Assembly (NCBI GenBank): GCA_965603825.1
Contig: CBFDEM010000040.1
Span: 1-64,000 of the forward strand
Length of the DNA stretch: 64,000 bases
DNA from: Blepharisma stoltei ATCC 30299
Taxonomy: Eukaryota > Protista > Ciliophora
Direction of reading: 5' to 3'
The position numbers and the translations under genes are program-made. The notes below the pieces were generated by a model, which did not search any database, had not been told where the DNA came from, and saw only the letters and a program-made list of their open reading frames with translations. Within the stretch, counting starts at the first letter, position 1. Every line of letters starts with the position of its first letter. Shown in pieces: positions 10,225 to 23,976 of this stretch.

Positions 10225-11233
10225 GCTATCAATGAAAAAAACTCAACTCGTTCACTCTATCTAATTGAGACTTGCTAAATGAGCATAACTAGGTCAAATA
10301 CAGAGCAGCCCTAAGCTACTGCACTTTCTTTGAAAAGTGATACTCAGGCAATTGGCACAATAATCTTCAGGCAAGCAGCTGAAGGTTAAAACTCATTTGT
10401 GGGTTATAGGGGTTAGTGTGACATTTGCCTTGAATCCAAGGAAATCCTGCAGCATAATATGGAAATCTTCGCAGTTCTTTATTCACATGGGTACTAGCAA
10501 CTGTTACTCTGTTTCCATTTTTCTTTCGACCCTCCTTATATATTCCTATTTTTTTAACTTTTTTTGCTATAGAGCCTTTGGGAAAAATGACTAAGTCGAT
10601 TTAAAGATGGAGGAGAAGAAAGACTTAACAATTAAAGTGCTCCAAACCCAATTGAAAATTATAAGGTTTTGAGATAAGTATTTGGATTTATATAGAACCA
10701 AAGTAAAATTATTATGAGTTATATACTTCTAGTTAAATGGTTATGATAATATGCTGTTTAATTGAATAACAAACAGATGTAATTCTTTTGCATAAAAATT
10801 TAAGTTTGAAAGTGTAAAAGGATTTTATTCTTTATGAGCTATTAAACTTTATTTAATTGCTGAGAAACAAAAATTTTGAAATAAAAAGTGCATTTCAACT
10901 TTGAAATACAATTAAAATAATAAGGATTTGATATAAATTAAAAATTTCATGGCACGTTTTTTATCTATCTTTGAGATTGCATAATTGATATTTTATCTCC
11001 TTATTAATTAGGAAAATTCTTAATACTTTGGACATGCATGCATACATGTTTGTTTAGAAAAGTAATTACGTTAATGTCTTATAATTATTACAATATAATA
11101 AATATGTGAATTATTGAGTAATCCTTTATTAAATTCGGGTGAGGAATCTAAAAACTCAATATTGGGGTACATATAAATTCTAAGTATAGCTAGCTTTCCT
11201 TGCGGCTCAGATGATTTCTTAAGATGAAATAGA
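9975..11233. repeat. Direct repeat unit B (SSU 5' end + 5'ETS/flank + kelch remnants)
   Basis: Colinear with 7385-8385. In addition 11181-11211 matches kelch ORF 8713-8742, and 11218-11233 matches about 8951-8965. Confidence 0.85.
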
Positions 11234-11305
11234 ATAATTCAAAATAAAAAAATTTAAAAATTCTATCAAATATTACCCAAAATAAGAAAGAATAATTAAG
11301 TTAAT

Positions 11306-13402
11306 TTAAAGCCCATCTTCACACTTAAACAGCAAAATTCTCTCTTTGTTTGGTAGAGACAAAAATTTACTTGTATCAGCCCATATAAATGGTATCATGC
11401 ATTCCTCCCACTTTGTTTTTTCCTCAAAGAATTCTACATTGAGTGCTCCATCAAATGTTTGGAGTTCAATTTCTCTATTGATTTTGAACGTTTTAGAGTA
11501 ACTCATGATAACCAAAATTATATTTTCATCACTATTTATTTTAGGTAGAAAGAAATCTATAACACCTTTAATAATATCAATGTTCTTATTGATGATGTTT
11601 GCTTCTTTTATATTTTCAATCAGCTCTGCTTGGTGTAATATTGAATAAATCAAAAAAGGGTTAGAGTTGTAATTGAAAACCAAGATTTTTGCCAAAATTT
11701 CAATTAATAAATTCAGAATTTCGACACAGCCTTGTATATCTTCTGGAGGTTTTTCATTGTTTTTCAAGTTTGTGTATTTATTATAGACAGCCTTTACTAA
11801 TGATAAATAGTCCATGCACACTAACTCATGAAGATTAGTAGAAGACTCAGCAATATTATAGAAGCAGCTTGAAGAAATCACATATAAGTATTCATTCTTA
11901 GAACTCCTCAAATTTTCTCGAAATTTCCTTAAAATTCCCAAAAACAGACAAGACCCAAGGCTCATGGATTCAATTCTGTAATTTTGCAGTCAAGAAATTT
12001 GTTGAAGCTGGATACTGCTATTGATAAATTTCAAGAAAATTTTATCGCTTGATAGAAGCAAAATGATAATCAAAACTAAGCTGCATTTTACTGTAAAAGC
12101 AGTTTCTGTATAAAGAAATTTTACCATGGGCTCTAAAAATCGCTCAGGCTCTGACTTAGAAACGAGGTGGGCGTGAAAGCTGGGATTATTTGCTAGCAAA
12201 TTGTAAAACAATAAAAGAAATTGGGAATTGTCAATGTTTCTAGATAAAAATTACTCGATTAAGAGCTCGGTGATTTCTTCCCACTCGATATTTCAGTTTT
12301 TAATCAAAAATGGGTTTTCAAGACGTGAATAATTTTGTAATAAAATCGTCAAAGCTAAGGCATATTTGGGAGCCAAAAATAAGCACTCTTGCTCTCTATT
12401 TTCACGTGAATTTGTATTATAAAATACGGAAAGAAAGCCTGGGCTAGGTTTTTCAGATTTTCAATGGTGCTTTATCACTTCTAAAAGTTTCCAAGAAAAC
12501 TGCTGGCAAATACTTTGTTGTGAATTCATTAGCAAGTCCACTACAGGTGACGCTTTAAAACATTCATAATTAATCCTTTCAATAGGCTTGTCCATATAAT
12601 AAAGTTGGCTAGACATCATTGTCAGCAATAGTTCAATTCCAGTCCCAATTTTCTGTATATCTTTCAAAGGATTTAGGAGGGTAATTTTGGTGACCAGCTC
12701 ATTCAAAAACCAATTCATAGGAGAAGTCAAGTCGCATTCCGCAGTTTCGATATTTGCTTTGAATATGGAAAATACTTTGGTTTGCGGCTTAAACGGGTCT
12801 TTCAAGCTATCTTCGTCTGAGTTTTCAGTGTAATGCTTATAAATGCTATCAATATCAATGCTTTTTCTTGAATCATCTACCAAATAAATTCTTTCATTTT
12901 TGCTCATAAGGTAGTCAGTGACTTCTTGAAAATGCACTTTTATTGTATCTAGAAGATGTGCTTGCTCAATAGCTTTATTATAGTCCGGCGATTGAGGAAC
13001 ACTAACATAAACTGTTTTGCAGTGTGATTTGAAGTAAAACATGCATGGGACTAGCCGATGAAATGAACTATTATAGGCTTCTTGACTTTTAGAAGATGTG
13101 TCTTGGAATAAGAATTGATAAGGAATTCCTTCTGAGTATAAAAAAGCAAAGAAATGCTTGAGGAGAAGCATTAGGTTAATTGGGAGGAGTTTTTCATTGA
13201 AGGAGTCTATCAGCTTTTTTGTCAAAATCCAAACAACTCCTGATCTTGGGGAATTTATGCAGGCAGATTTGTAAAGATTTCTTGCAGCTTCAGATTGCAG
13301 AAGGTCAGGGTTTAAAGAGAAATAAAGAGAATCTAGCGAAAGGGAGTCCCAATCAACTTCGCTTATTTCTTCTTTTGAGAGGGCTTCGATAGAATTTCCC
13401 AT
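11306..13402 (-). CDS. DYM: Dymeclin-like protein (one 15-nt intron at 12240-12254)
   Basis: Three track ORFs join via TGA=Trp and one intron. MG N-terminus (myristoylation-type), LLLFYNLLANNPSF, SLGSCLFLGILR, NPFLIYSILH, FFEE...MIPFIW. Confidence 0.75.
12240..12254 (-). other. 15-nt spliceosomal intron GTAATTTTTATCTAG
   Basis: GT..AG; removal deletes an in-frame TAA and restores the dymeclin frame. Confidence 0.85.
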
Positions 13403-13858
13403 ATATAAATCTTTAATTATTAATATTTATTTATGGAATTATTATAGCATGCTCTCTCTTTTAATCTAATAATCATGCCTTAAATAGAATTTTTACGATT
13501 TATAGACAATCAGGGGTTCCTGATTGATTGGAAAGTTTGAAGGGCTAAACCACAGTCAAAAACAGCTAATTCCTATGCAAAACCACAATCAATCTAACTC
13601 CCAGGCATTTCATATGCTACACAAAAGATTGGGAAAATAGATATTTCACTATTACAAATACGGATTCGCAAATTGATATTGGATCCTAATATAAATCCCT
13701 AGATTTTTCAAAAGGAACAAAAATATTCATAAATCCTTCATTTTAATGCTCAGATAAAATTTATTCCTTCAAAACCGCTTAAAAGAAGAGAAAGAGCCCG
13801 AAGAGAAAGAAAAAGATTCAAGCTGTCAAAAGTGAAAAAAAATTTAAGCCCTTTAGAT

Positions 13859-14996
13859 TTAATTAATCGGTTTCCAAACTTTCGGCTTGCTATGAAATTT
13901 ACAAAAATATTTAAAATTTCCGAGGAATCCAAAATTAAATGGAGACCCTTTGTCTTTCGGTCTATCTTTCAAATAAGTGATTTTATTTCATGATATTAAT
14001 TCCCAAGTCGTTAAATTTCTAGATCACAGATAAGTTTGCAAGCAAAATAAAAAAATAGCAAAAGCAATGCATGCCCCAATAACAAAAATTAAAATAATTC
14101 TTCCTATATTCGCTGAGACTCAGTTTCCAGCATCTTCTTTATCATCTATGCTGATTCCTAAAAAAATAATAGCAATTATGCCTTCTGATGTTTGAAAAAA
14201 TAAGTATCAGTAAAATTGGCAATGATTTCGCTCCCCCACGCAATTTGCGATTCATGTGCAGTGGTGATCTGACCTATAAACGCATTTATTGCAGTATTTA
14301 CAGTGTTTCGCCCTTAAAGGCTGGTCTTGTTGGCATATTGTGCAATATCTCAATAAAATTTCTTCAGTTTTGGGCTTATCGTTAATTTGGTCTTGCTGAA
14401 TTGAGTCATCATTAATTGGAAAATCAAGGTCTTCAGGTTTCTTAGGTGAGTCAGCCAACGACATATCAATTGAAGGCGAGCTTGGCAATGGCTTTTCAGG
14501 GACATCACAATTATATCGGAAATAAATGCTTCTTCATTCTTCAATTCGGTCATCAGGCAAATTATCGAACTCCTCTCCACAGTAACTGCTTTCTCCCACG
14601 CTTACATCTACACGACTGTTTTCGTCATAAAATCCAGCTTCTCTGCTTGATTTTAGGTCATTTAAGTCGAATTTTTGCAAATTAAATACTGAGCCTAGGG
14701 TTGTTGGAGGATTTGCAGTGCTAACGACTGAGATTTTGTGGGTGTTTGGAACAATAGGCTGTCCTTCTGTAGACGAGCAGAGATCTAAAGGTTTTACGTA
14801 TCCAGGATCAAGAAGGCCGACATAAAAATACAATGATAATGAAATCAAGACGGGGACTCTATGTGGATGCATACCAAAATATCACTGCCACAGGAGATTG
14901 TAATGATAAAGGGGATTGCCATGCAGAGAGTCCTATTAAAGCTACATGAGAAAGAACAAAAAAAGGCCTGAGTATCTTTCCATCTATCAATGACAT
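13859..14996 (-). CDS. DHHC-type palmitoyltransferase (one 16-nt intron at 14859-14874)
   Basis: MSLIDGK...LLDPGY; CTICQQDQPLRAKHCKYCNKCVYRSDHHCTW(TGA)IANCVGERNH; NLTTWE; SPFNFG. Stop TAA at 13861-13859. Confidence 0.92.
14859..14874 (-). other. 16-nt spliceosomal intron GTATGCATCCACATAG
   Basis: GT..AG; removal joins the TM1-encoding exon in frame to the DPG exon. Confidence 0.75.
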
Positions 14997-15166
14997 TTCG
15001 CAAGATATCAAATTTAATTAATTTGGAATAAAACATCACAAAGCAAGTAATAAAACTTAATAACAATAAAATTTGTTAAGGCTAGTTGATGCTTTCTCAT
15101 GTGCCTTATAATATTAATTTTCCTCGTTTAAACACCTTAATCATTTATCAGAAACCATTTAGCTGA

Positions 15167-16570
15167 TTAATCTGGCCTTTTTTCATTAATTATGTCTAGC
15201 TGTTTAGCTCTTCCAAAAGAGTCAACAGCTCCTATAATTGCGTCTCTCCCTTGCTGAAGTAGCCCTTTCGGCACTTTGTTATCAGGGCATAAGCCTTTTA
15301 ATTGGATTATGACTTCTTGGCTTTCTCTCAGTGTCTTAAACATTTTCATCATTCTTGTGACTGCTTTCACTTTATTTTTAAATTGTTCAATCTTGCTCAC
15401 CCTCAGTCCTTCTTTAAGTTCTTTGACTTTTTCTCCATCTCCTAATTCATTTAGTTCATCTATATGTTTTGGCTGTATCAAGCCATGCAGCATCTCTAAG
15501 ACTTTTTCAATCACAAAAGGAGTGCTCCAATTAAAAACGTCCATGAAATTCGGCAAAATATAAGGGTGCTCTGTATAGTTGAACTGCTGCACATTCAGCG
15601 AATTATTTTCAAATTTTACCACAGCTGCTTTATTATTATACACATCGCAGTAGTTCGGAGCTGAAAATATAGTGATTACAACAGGAAACTCAGAGTTCCC
15701 ATTTCACCTATGCATTTTATACCCATCTAACTGTGCTTCATGCCCTCTCAACACTGAAAGTAGCTTATTTTGCTTCAAAAATGTATTTACAGCCCTAATC
15801 CCATAATAAAAGCTGCACCCTCTTACATCATTTCCCACAAAATTATCAGTCGAAGCTCCTGTATCATTATCAATCGGATCACTCCATAATAAATCACAAA
15901 ATATCCCTTGCCTTGGCGGCTCAGTGTACCTATTCATTTTCCAAATATCTTCAATGCTCACAAGTTCTGGAGAAATTCCTCCATGAACAGCTAAGAATTT
16001 GTTATTTAAAATGCAGGCAACTGGCAAGGCATCAAAAGAGTCCATGATGGTATCGTAAACTTCTGCATCATATTTATATAAGCATTCCGCGCGAAAATTA
16101 AAATACGATGACATTTGTCGGCATTCGTGGTTTCCACGGATCAGGAAAACAGTTTGCTGATAATTCAGCTTGATTGCATATAGTAGTAGTAAAACTTCAA
16201 TTGAAAATGACCCTCGGTCTACATAGTCTCCTAGAAATAAATATTTTGTGTCATTTAGGTTGCCACCTAGTTCTAAAATTCGTAAAAAATCGTAAAATTG
16301 ACCGTGGATGTCACCTACGACGGTGACAGGATCTTTTAGTTCAATTAAGTTGTGCTCACATCTTAGACAGTCAGTGCCTTGACGGATAAGTAGCATGCAG
16401 TCAGCCTTGGTCAAGCGGCCTTCATATTGCAGATGTGAACGCAAAAGATTTCAGTCAGGAGGAAAGTTGATACCGTTGGGGTATAATAGAGACCTATCTA
16501 GTGGGCGATGTGGTGGCGGTGGCTGTGACTTTTCAAATCTGTCAGATAATGGATCAGATAAAGGTTCCAT
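15167..16570 (-). CDS. CNA: Calcineurin A (PP2B catalytic subunit), 467 aa
   Basis: GDIHGQ, GDYVDRG, RGNHE, SAPNYCDVYNNKAAV; CnB-binding FMDVFNWSTPFV; CaM-binding KNKVKAVTRMMKMFKTLRE; autoinhibitory FGRAKQLDIINEKRP. Continuous with TGA=Trp. Confidence 0.96.
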
Positions 16571-16723
16571 TTATGAGTTAGTTACATTATATCAATATTT
16601 TTTTTTAAAATGGTAAGAAAGGATTTAAGAAGACCATGAAATTCGAATAATGTAAATTTGCATATGAATAATTAAAAAAAATTATTTTATAGATTTTCGT
16701 TAGAGATTATTTGAAATTTAAAA

Positions 16724-19700
16724 TTAATCGTCATCAAGGACAAGGTCTCTTTCAGACTTAGGCACTACGAAATAGCATTCTACGCTTCTGTTGGTGGGTT
16801 CATGCCTGACCGACTTGTTGTAGACATAATCGAATCTTCCAGGCTGGCTATTCTCAAGAATTCCTTTGGTGACTTCACTGACGTTGATTTTTCCAGTTTG
16901 GCCATTAGACTCCATCTTATTGGCAATATCATTGTCTGGGCCATAAACATCATATCTCACAATGTTAGTCCCAGTAATTCCTGCAATGATTTCTCCTGTG
17001 TGGATGCCGATCCTCATATTCAAATTTGTCTTTTTACTTTTATTGACTTTATTGATTGTTTTGACCATATCTAAAGCAATTTCGACCATGCTGATACACT
17101 CTTTTATCGGGTCTCTTTTTTCTGCATCTGTGAAGCTAAGGATGACATAGCAATCTCCAATTGTATGAACTTTATAAACGTTATGTCTTACACACAAGTG
17201 GTCAAAAGTGGAAAAAAGTTTGCTGAGCATTGTAATGACTTCTATAGGTTCCTTATTTTTTGAATATGCTGTGAAGCCTGCTATGTCTGCATAAATTATT
17301 GAAACATCAGTGTATCTGTCAGTAGTAGCGATGTCATGCTGAAGATTCCTCACCACTTGTGGAGGGATCATTTGATGGAGCAGTTTTTCTGTGTTTTTGA
17401 TATCTCTTTGAGTGTATTTGTATAGGTTGTAAATGTGCCTTGATTGCTGTTCCATTGAATAGCTTGCGAAGAGGTTAATGACTGAAAAAGCTAAAATAAA
17501 GAACGTTGCCTCAAGAGATTTGGTTAACTCATGATTATTTAGCAGTACAAAACAAAGCCAAATAGTAAAATTGACGATTGAAGAAATAAGGATAAATCCA
17601 AATAGCAAGCCACTGATATGATTTATCACCACATTTATAAACATAAACTCAATGACTACCAAGTATAAAAACTCATCACTCAAGCTGGACAGCGAAATTG
17701 CACTAATCAAACTCTGATTTATATAAATCATCATGATCGCCCAAGGAAAAAGCGGCATCTTATAAGTCGCTTTAAATTTCCAAATCACGATTACCATAAA
17801 AAAAATCCCAGAAAAACGATAAATTATTTGTGCAATGCTCCAATGAGATCCTGTTATTATAAAAGTCCCTAGATAAATGCACGCGAGTACAGTAAAGAAA
17901 AATGTAGCGATTCAATTGACTGAAATTAATCTTTTTCAGTCTTTTTCAAGCGAGCTGACCCTGAACTCTCTTTGAGACTCATTTTCTTTGAAAGAGCAAG
18001 CTACCCATTGCACAGGCCCCGCAACGTTAAGCTGTGAGTCATCATCCGTATTAGGGAGCAGCTTAAGCTGCTCCAAGTCAAACTTTACAGCTGTGTGAGG
18101 AGTTTTTGTGTCGTCGTCTTCTTCGTGGTAACTTGATATGTTTAGCTCATTTTCTTCGGATATTAAAGGCTCTCTTGAAATTTCAAGCTGGTCTGAGTTA
18201 GTGATATCGAGGCCTTCAGTAGTTTCAGGTTTAGCAAAATGAGGGTGCATATTATTAAAAGTAACTGGCCTACGGGTGAGTTTTCTTACACTGATTTTAT
18301 CGATTACGTAAACTTGAACCTTGCCGAGCCCTTTTGCTTCCACAAACCCAGGCTCAAGCTTATATTTGCCTGGGGTGATGAAATGGTCATGGGTGTAAGC
18401 AGAAATTTGTATTTTGTCAGGGGATTTCAAGGTGGAGCACATTCTGCTTGCTTCATTAACAGTAGTTCCTACAAGTGAAAATTGAGGCTTGTGGTCACCT
18501 ACGACTCCTGCTATGACTGGGCCAGAGTTTATTCCGATTTTTACTCTTAGTTTGTCACCTGTTTTAATGGATACAGGCTCAAGTCTTTTTATAATGTCCA
18601 AAGCCAGCTCTACACATCGCTCAGCATGATTTAGCTCCAGCAAAGACGGTTTCATTGTAGCCTCGATATCTGAAAGTCCTCCACAAGCCATGTAAGTTTT
18701 GTTGACTGTTTCGATTTTTGTGACTCCATGCTTTTCGCATAATTGGTCAAGCATCGAAAAAAAGCGATCAAGTAGCTGCAAAAGCTCGTTAGGAGTTAAA
18801 GCTGCACAGATTTTGTCGAATTCATAAATATCGCAGAACATTACAGTTACCATGCTTTGAGATTCAGCTATATATCTGACTCCTTGTCTTACTCTGTCCT
18901 TTACGAAATTTGGCAAAAGATTGCCAAGAATGTCGTGGCCTTTTTGGTATTGAGCTTCTTGCTTGCGTTTCCATACAAACTCCATTCTCTTTGTGACTTC
19001 AAATGAAAAAGCAATAAACCCACAAGATAAGAAAATACCTAAGAGCAGCACTCCATAGCTTGAAACAATAATAATTGACTCACTCTGGTACTTTTTTCCA
19101 TAAGTCACACTAATTCTGATCAAATACGCAATTAAAGCAACAAGATTCACAATAAATATTTTATAAGCACTAGCTTTGAACAGTATAAAGCTTCCTACTA
19201 TAACCACAGCCGTGCTCATCGACCCATCGTTCTGGTTAATCGCTTCTTGCACAAACTTCACTATAAGTGCACAAGCAATCATAATCACTATACAATTATC
19301 ATAATTATCTTTAAAAAACCTAGTCCTCGTGAATATCACAACACATACCAGCACCAGCCAAATCAAGCATCTTATCACAATATAAGCTACAGTATACGTA
19401 TTTGACATGCTGTCAATAATATTCCACACAGTGTAAAACGCCAAAAGTAACAAAAACATGATCCTCACAAATCTAAATATTTTGTCAATAAGGTACATTT
19501 TATAGCTTTTTTCCACGTACACGTTTCTAAACTGCATTGAATATTTTTGCAAAGCATAGTACTCCCGCTCGTCATCTTCGTGCCGCTGGACTTTAAGTCC
19601 TTTGCTTACGAAGATATTGTTCAGATTAGCAGAATACTGGACAGCTCTTTTAGCAATAAGGTTGAATTTGGAGTCTTCGACATAGCTTTTGCTGGGGTAA

Positions 19701-22700
19701 ATCTTATTTGAGGTCCTTTGCAGCTCTTGCACGTTGTTGGGATGGAAAACGCTTTTCCATCAAAGTAGGCTTAGTCTGGGAATGCCACAAATAAAAGGCA
19801 CGAAAAATAAATAAAACGCAGACGAGCTTGCCGAAAACATGTGAACGGACACTCCTTCAAGGCTGGTAGTTGGAAATCCTGAATAGTCATAAATAAAAAT
19901 GACTGGGTAAAAGGCAATTAAGCTTAAAATCGTAACAAAAATAAAGGGCTTATTCCACTGCTTCATTTCACTTCAAACAGTATAAGTTACGATTTGGACG
20001 ATTGTATAGTAAGCAGCAGCTCCCATTTGGTCCAAGCTTTCAGGGTTCCCATCCTTGTCTATACTTTGTAAAGAGCATTGCCAAAGAAAAATAAAGGCAA
20101 TAATACTTTTATATATTGCTTTAAAAGTCCATACTATAAAAATCTTGTAGTTGAATTTTTTAGAATAAATCCCATCAGTATACACTTGAGGATTGGTTAA
20201 AACGGCCTGTCTTGATAAATCTGTATCGAAAACGCCAAGAATTATAATGGGCAGCGCTGTAAAGCCAACGTTGTAACCCATCATCAGCCAAGAATCATAC
20301 AAACTTGTGCCAGAATACATGTTCATAAAGCTGAAATAAAAAAGAAGCAAAATCAGTAGAAAATTTTTATAGAAAGAATAGAGGACAACCATAGAAATTC
20401 TTTGATAGTTTCACCTCCCATGATGCAATAGCAAAGGGAGCAGAAACCTAAACCTCGCAACTGAATAATCGCTTGAATTTGCAGCCTGCATGCCTTCTCT
20501 CCCACAAATTCCGATCCCTACATGAGCCTCCTGTATCATTGCAACATCATTTGCCCCGTCTCCAATTGCACAGGTTAAGGGCTTAAAGCAAAAATGATTT
20601 TTCACCAGCTGCACAATTAATGACTTTTGCAGAGGCGAAACTCTGCAACAAATAACAGCATGAGAAATGCACATCAGTATAGAAAAATACCTCATGCATA
20701 AAGTGTCGTTTAAAATATACGTCAATGTGGTCCCGTCTGTGACCAAGGCAAGGTTTAAAGTTTCCACTTTTTCTGGAGAAACGCTTCCGTCAATGAAAAA
20801 TTCGCTTTTGACAAACTTATAACGGGCCTTTCGACCTCGCTGAGGCAAAGTTTTATCGAGTGGGGACAAGTCAGGTGATGCATCGACGTATTGAATTGTT
20901 TGCAGGAATGTGTTGGTTCGACGAAAAGCTCTATCGAATAAAGTTTGGTTTAAGGTCGCTTGAAGCATTTCTTTAGCTTCTTGCAGAGACTTTGAGTTCA
21001 GCTTTATCACGTTCATTTCAGGCTGCAGTAATTTGCAAGAATAGCCTATATTGATAGCTGTTTCTTGCTTGTCGCCAGTTAGCACGCAGATTTTGATGCC
21101 TGCTCTTAAAAGGGTGGAAATGGTATCAGAGACTCCTTCCTGAATTTTGTCTTCTATTGCGGTGGCTCCAATTAGTTCCATGTCTCATTCAAGCTCTGAA
21201 GCTAAGGCCTCTAGCCTTTCTTCTCTATCAGCTAGTGCATTTTTAGCTGTATTATATTTCCTTTCATACTCTTCGGCTTCTTCAGGAGTCAGCTCTTTTT
21301 TAGCTAAAACTAAAGTCCTGAACCCATTCATTGAAAACTCAGTTAAGTGGTCATTAAGCAAGTCTTTGGCTTCTTCTGAATCTTTGCATCTCTCTAGTAT
21401 AACATTGTCAGCTCCTTTGCAATACAAAACAGGCTTTCGTTTTTTATCAAAAATAGGCTCTACGAGCACAGACATCCTTTTCCGGTTTGAGGTAAACTCA
21501 TTAAGACAGAGCAGCTTGTATTCCCAGATTTCACCATTTACTCTTAAAGTATATGACCCAGCTTTATTTGATATATAAGAATACCCAAAGCAGTGGGCAG
21601 CAAGGACGAGTGCTTCTTCGTCAGGCGAAGCCGCTTGATACTCGATTTCTCCTGACTCTTTTTGATCTGGTATCACAGTGTGGCACAGTGCAAGGACTTC
21701 TAAAAATTCATTGATTTCTTGATGTCTGGTGCTTTTGAGACTGGCTAAAAATGAAGGGTCGTTAAAAGCGAACCTGGGGTGCTGGCAGACTTGCGCTGGC
21801 ATTGAAGTATTATTTGGATCTATAGAGCCATAAATTTGGCCGTGGATAGAGCACATCTTGAACTCCATCAAGTTTTCAGTTAATGTGCCTGTCTTATCAG
21901 TAAACAAATACTCGACTTGGCCTAGATCTTCGTTAAGGTCTCCTGTTTTGGCCTCAGCAGGCTGATCAATTGGCTCATAATACATATTGAGATCCATTGT
22001 AATAAACTTTGCTTGAAGAAGTCTAACAATGTCCATCGTTACATACAAAGAAATCGGAACCATCCCATTATATAATATCATAAACGTGATTGCATTTAAT
22101 AATGCTCCACTCGAGCCCTTCCCAGTAAAGAACTCCAGCCTAGATTCATATGCATAAGCATAAACCATCGAAATTGCTGTACATGTGATGATTACAATTA
22201 AAAGCATCCCAAATACAATAATAAGATAGCGGTTTACCCTCTTCTCAATATTGCTTCTTTTGTGATTAGGGTGCTGGGAGTTTTTCATCAGCTTTGTATC
22301 AACCCCCGTCATCGCTACAACTGCAATGATCCATTTCGTGTTTTTTAATGTACTTCCTCTCAATATCATATTATTAAGATTTATCGAAATCGCTCTTGGG
22401 TATCCTTTGAGCTTCAGCGAGCCATCAAAAGTATGCATTTTATTGTTCGGCTGCTCTGTCTTAAATATCGCCTCATCAAGATGATTGATATTGATCATAG
22501 CGGTCGTAGCAGTATGCCCATTTAAAATACTACAAATTTCGTCAGGAGGGTATCGGATTTTCAAATTGTCTTCGCCGTCCAAATTACTAGTTTCAATAAA
22601 GCAGTTTTGCTCTGAGGAATGGCTAGTGGTAAGAATTAATATGTCAGCTGGAACTGAGTCGTCTTGTTCTAATAAAATGATGTTCCCAACCTGAAGGTCC

Positions 22701-23101
22701 ATTCATTTTATGTACTCTCATTCAGTGTTTTCTTCGACCCATACTTTTATCAGTCGATTATTGATGGCCTTGTCACTTTTGTGGCGTCTGAAGTCATGAT
22801 AAGCGTCTTTAGCTAGGGTTACTGCAAGGACAAGGGATAAAGGAGCTATAGTGGCCCAGCTTGAAGTAGGGGATAAGTTTAAGGGGAGGACTTGCAATAT
22901 AGAGACGATGAGGAATCAGATATTAGCTATTCTTTGAAATTGTTCGAAAAGGTTTTTGGGAATGAGGTTAAATATGTTGTATTTGCCTGTAGAAATGAAA
23001 TTATTTGGAAAGCCACTCAACTCGAGATAGCGGCCGCGGTCTATGATTATTTCACGGAATTCTTCGTTAATTTTTTTGGTAAGGGCAGTAGCTTCTGCCA
23101 T
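16724..23101 (-). CDS. Alveolate-type P4-ATPase-guanylyl cyclase fusion, 2125 aa, apparently intronless
   Basis: Seven track ORFs share one frame and are separated only by TGA. P4-ATPase motifs [28 protein letters not shown]. Then two TM blocks and two class III cyclase domains ([10 protein letters not shown]; [10 protein letters not shown]...VRYDVYG). Confidence 0.95.
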
Positions 23102-23976
23102 GTTTGATTTGTCAATATTCTCATTATTCTTTAGGATTTAAATTTGATTTGCTGAAATGGAAATTTAATTGGTTGATAAGTTTATGAACTTAGATTCAAT
23201 AATTCAGAGGCTATTAAGATTTCAAATTTTTAAGAATTTTTTTGAATAAATTCAATTTGTGAGAAAATAATTAACTATAATGATTAAGAAAAATTTAAGT
23301 GAAAAATAAATCCTACTCCGAATTCGTGGGCGATTTTAACGATAAGTTAAAGTGCTTAGTATTTAAAGATGTTTGGCGAGACAAATATTATTTAAAATAT
23401 GGAATATAAAAATTGGTTTCTCCCTACAATGCTAACTTGAAAAAAAGCAAGAACATTAACTTTTCTTAGCTCATCTGTTTAGGATAGCTATAATATTTTA
23501 CTTCTAACGTTTTCTTATGTTTTCGAAGCCAAACCTCTTATTAAGACTTCGTATTTGGCATGATATAAAATTAAAAATGTGCTTATTTAAATCTTTTGTG
23601 ATAATTTTTTGCTTTTATCGGTAAAGAGGTCAGGATATGGCTAGTTAAAAAAATTCTGTCCATATTAAACCACAACAATATCAAATATGAAAAGCCTTTT
23701 ACGACATGAATCTCTCTTAGTTTCATCATATCTGGCTTTATATTATATCAGAAACTCATCCTACCCAATTCTAATGCTCATAATCTCTTATTTTATATTA
23801 AAAAATTACTAAAGAAAAATTCATCTTCCCTTGCAATTAATCCCATACCTTAGAAAAGATTTAAATCTGATATGAAAATAAAATTTACCATTAAAAACAA
23901 TTTTCCGCTCTAATAATCTTTCCTAACCAGCATGTCGTCTTCCGACGAATTTTTGTGGTCTAATTAATACAATAAA

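Noticed and set aside
13430-13860. Coding-like stretch between dymeclin and the DHHC gene
   Set aside because: The plus-strand frames I read contain several TAA/TAG stops and no recognisable homology; at most a decayed gene.
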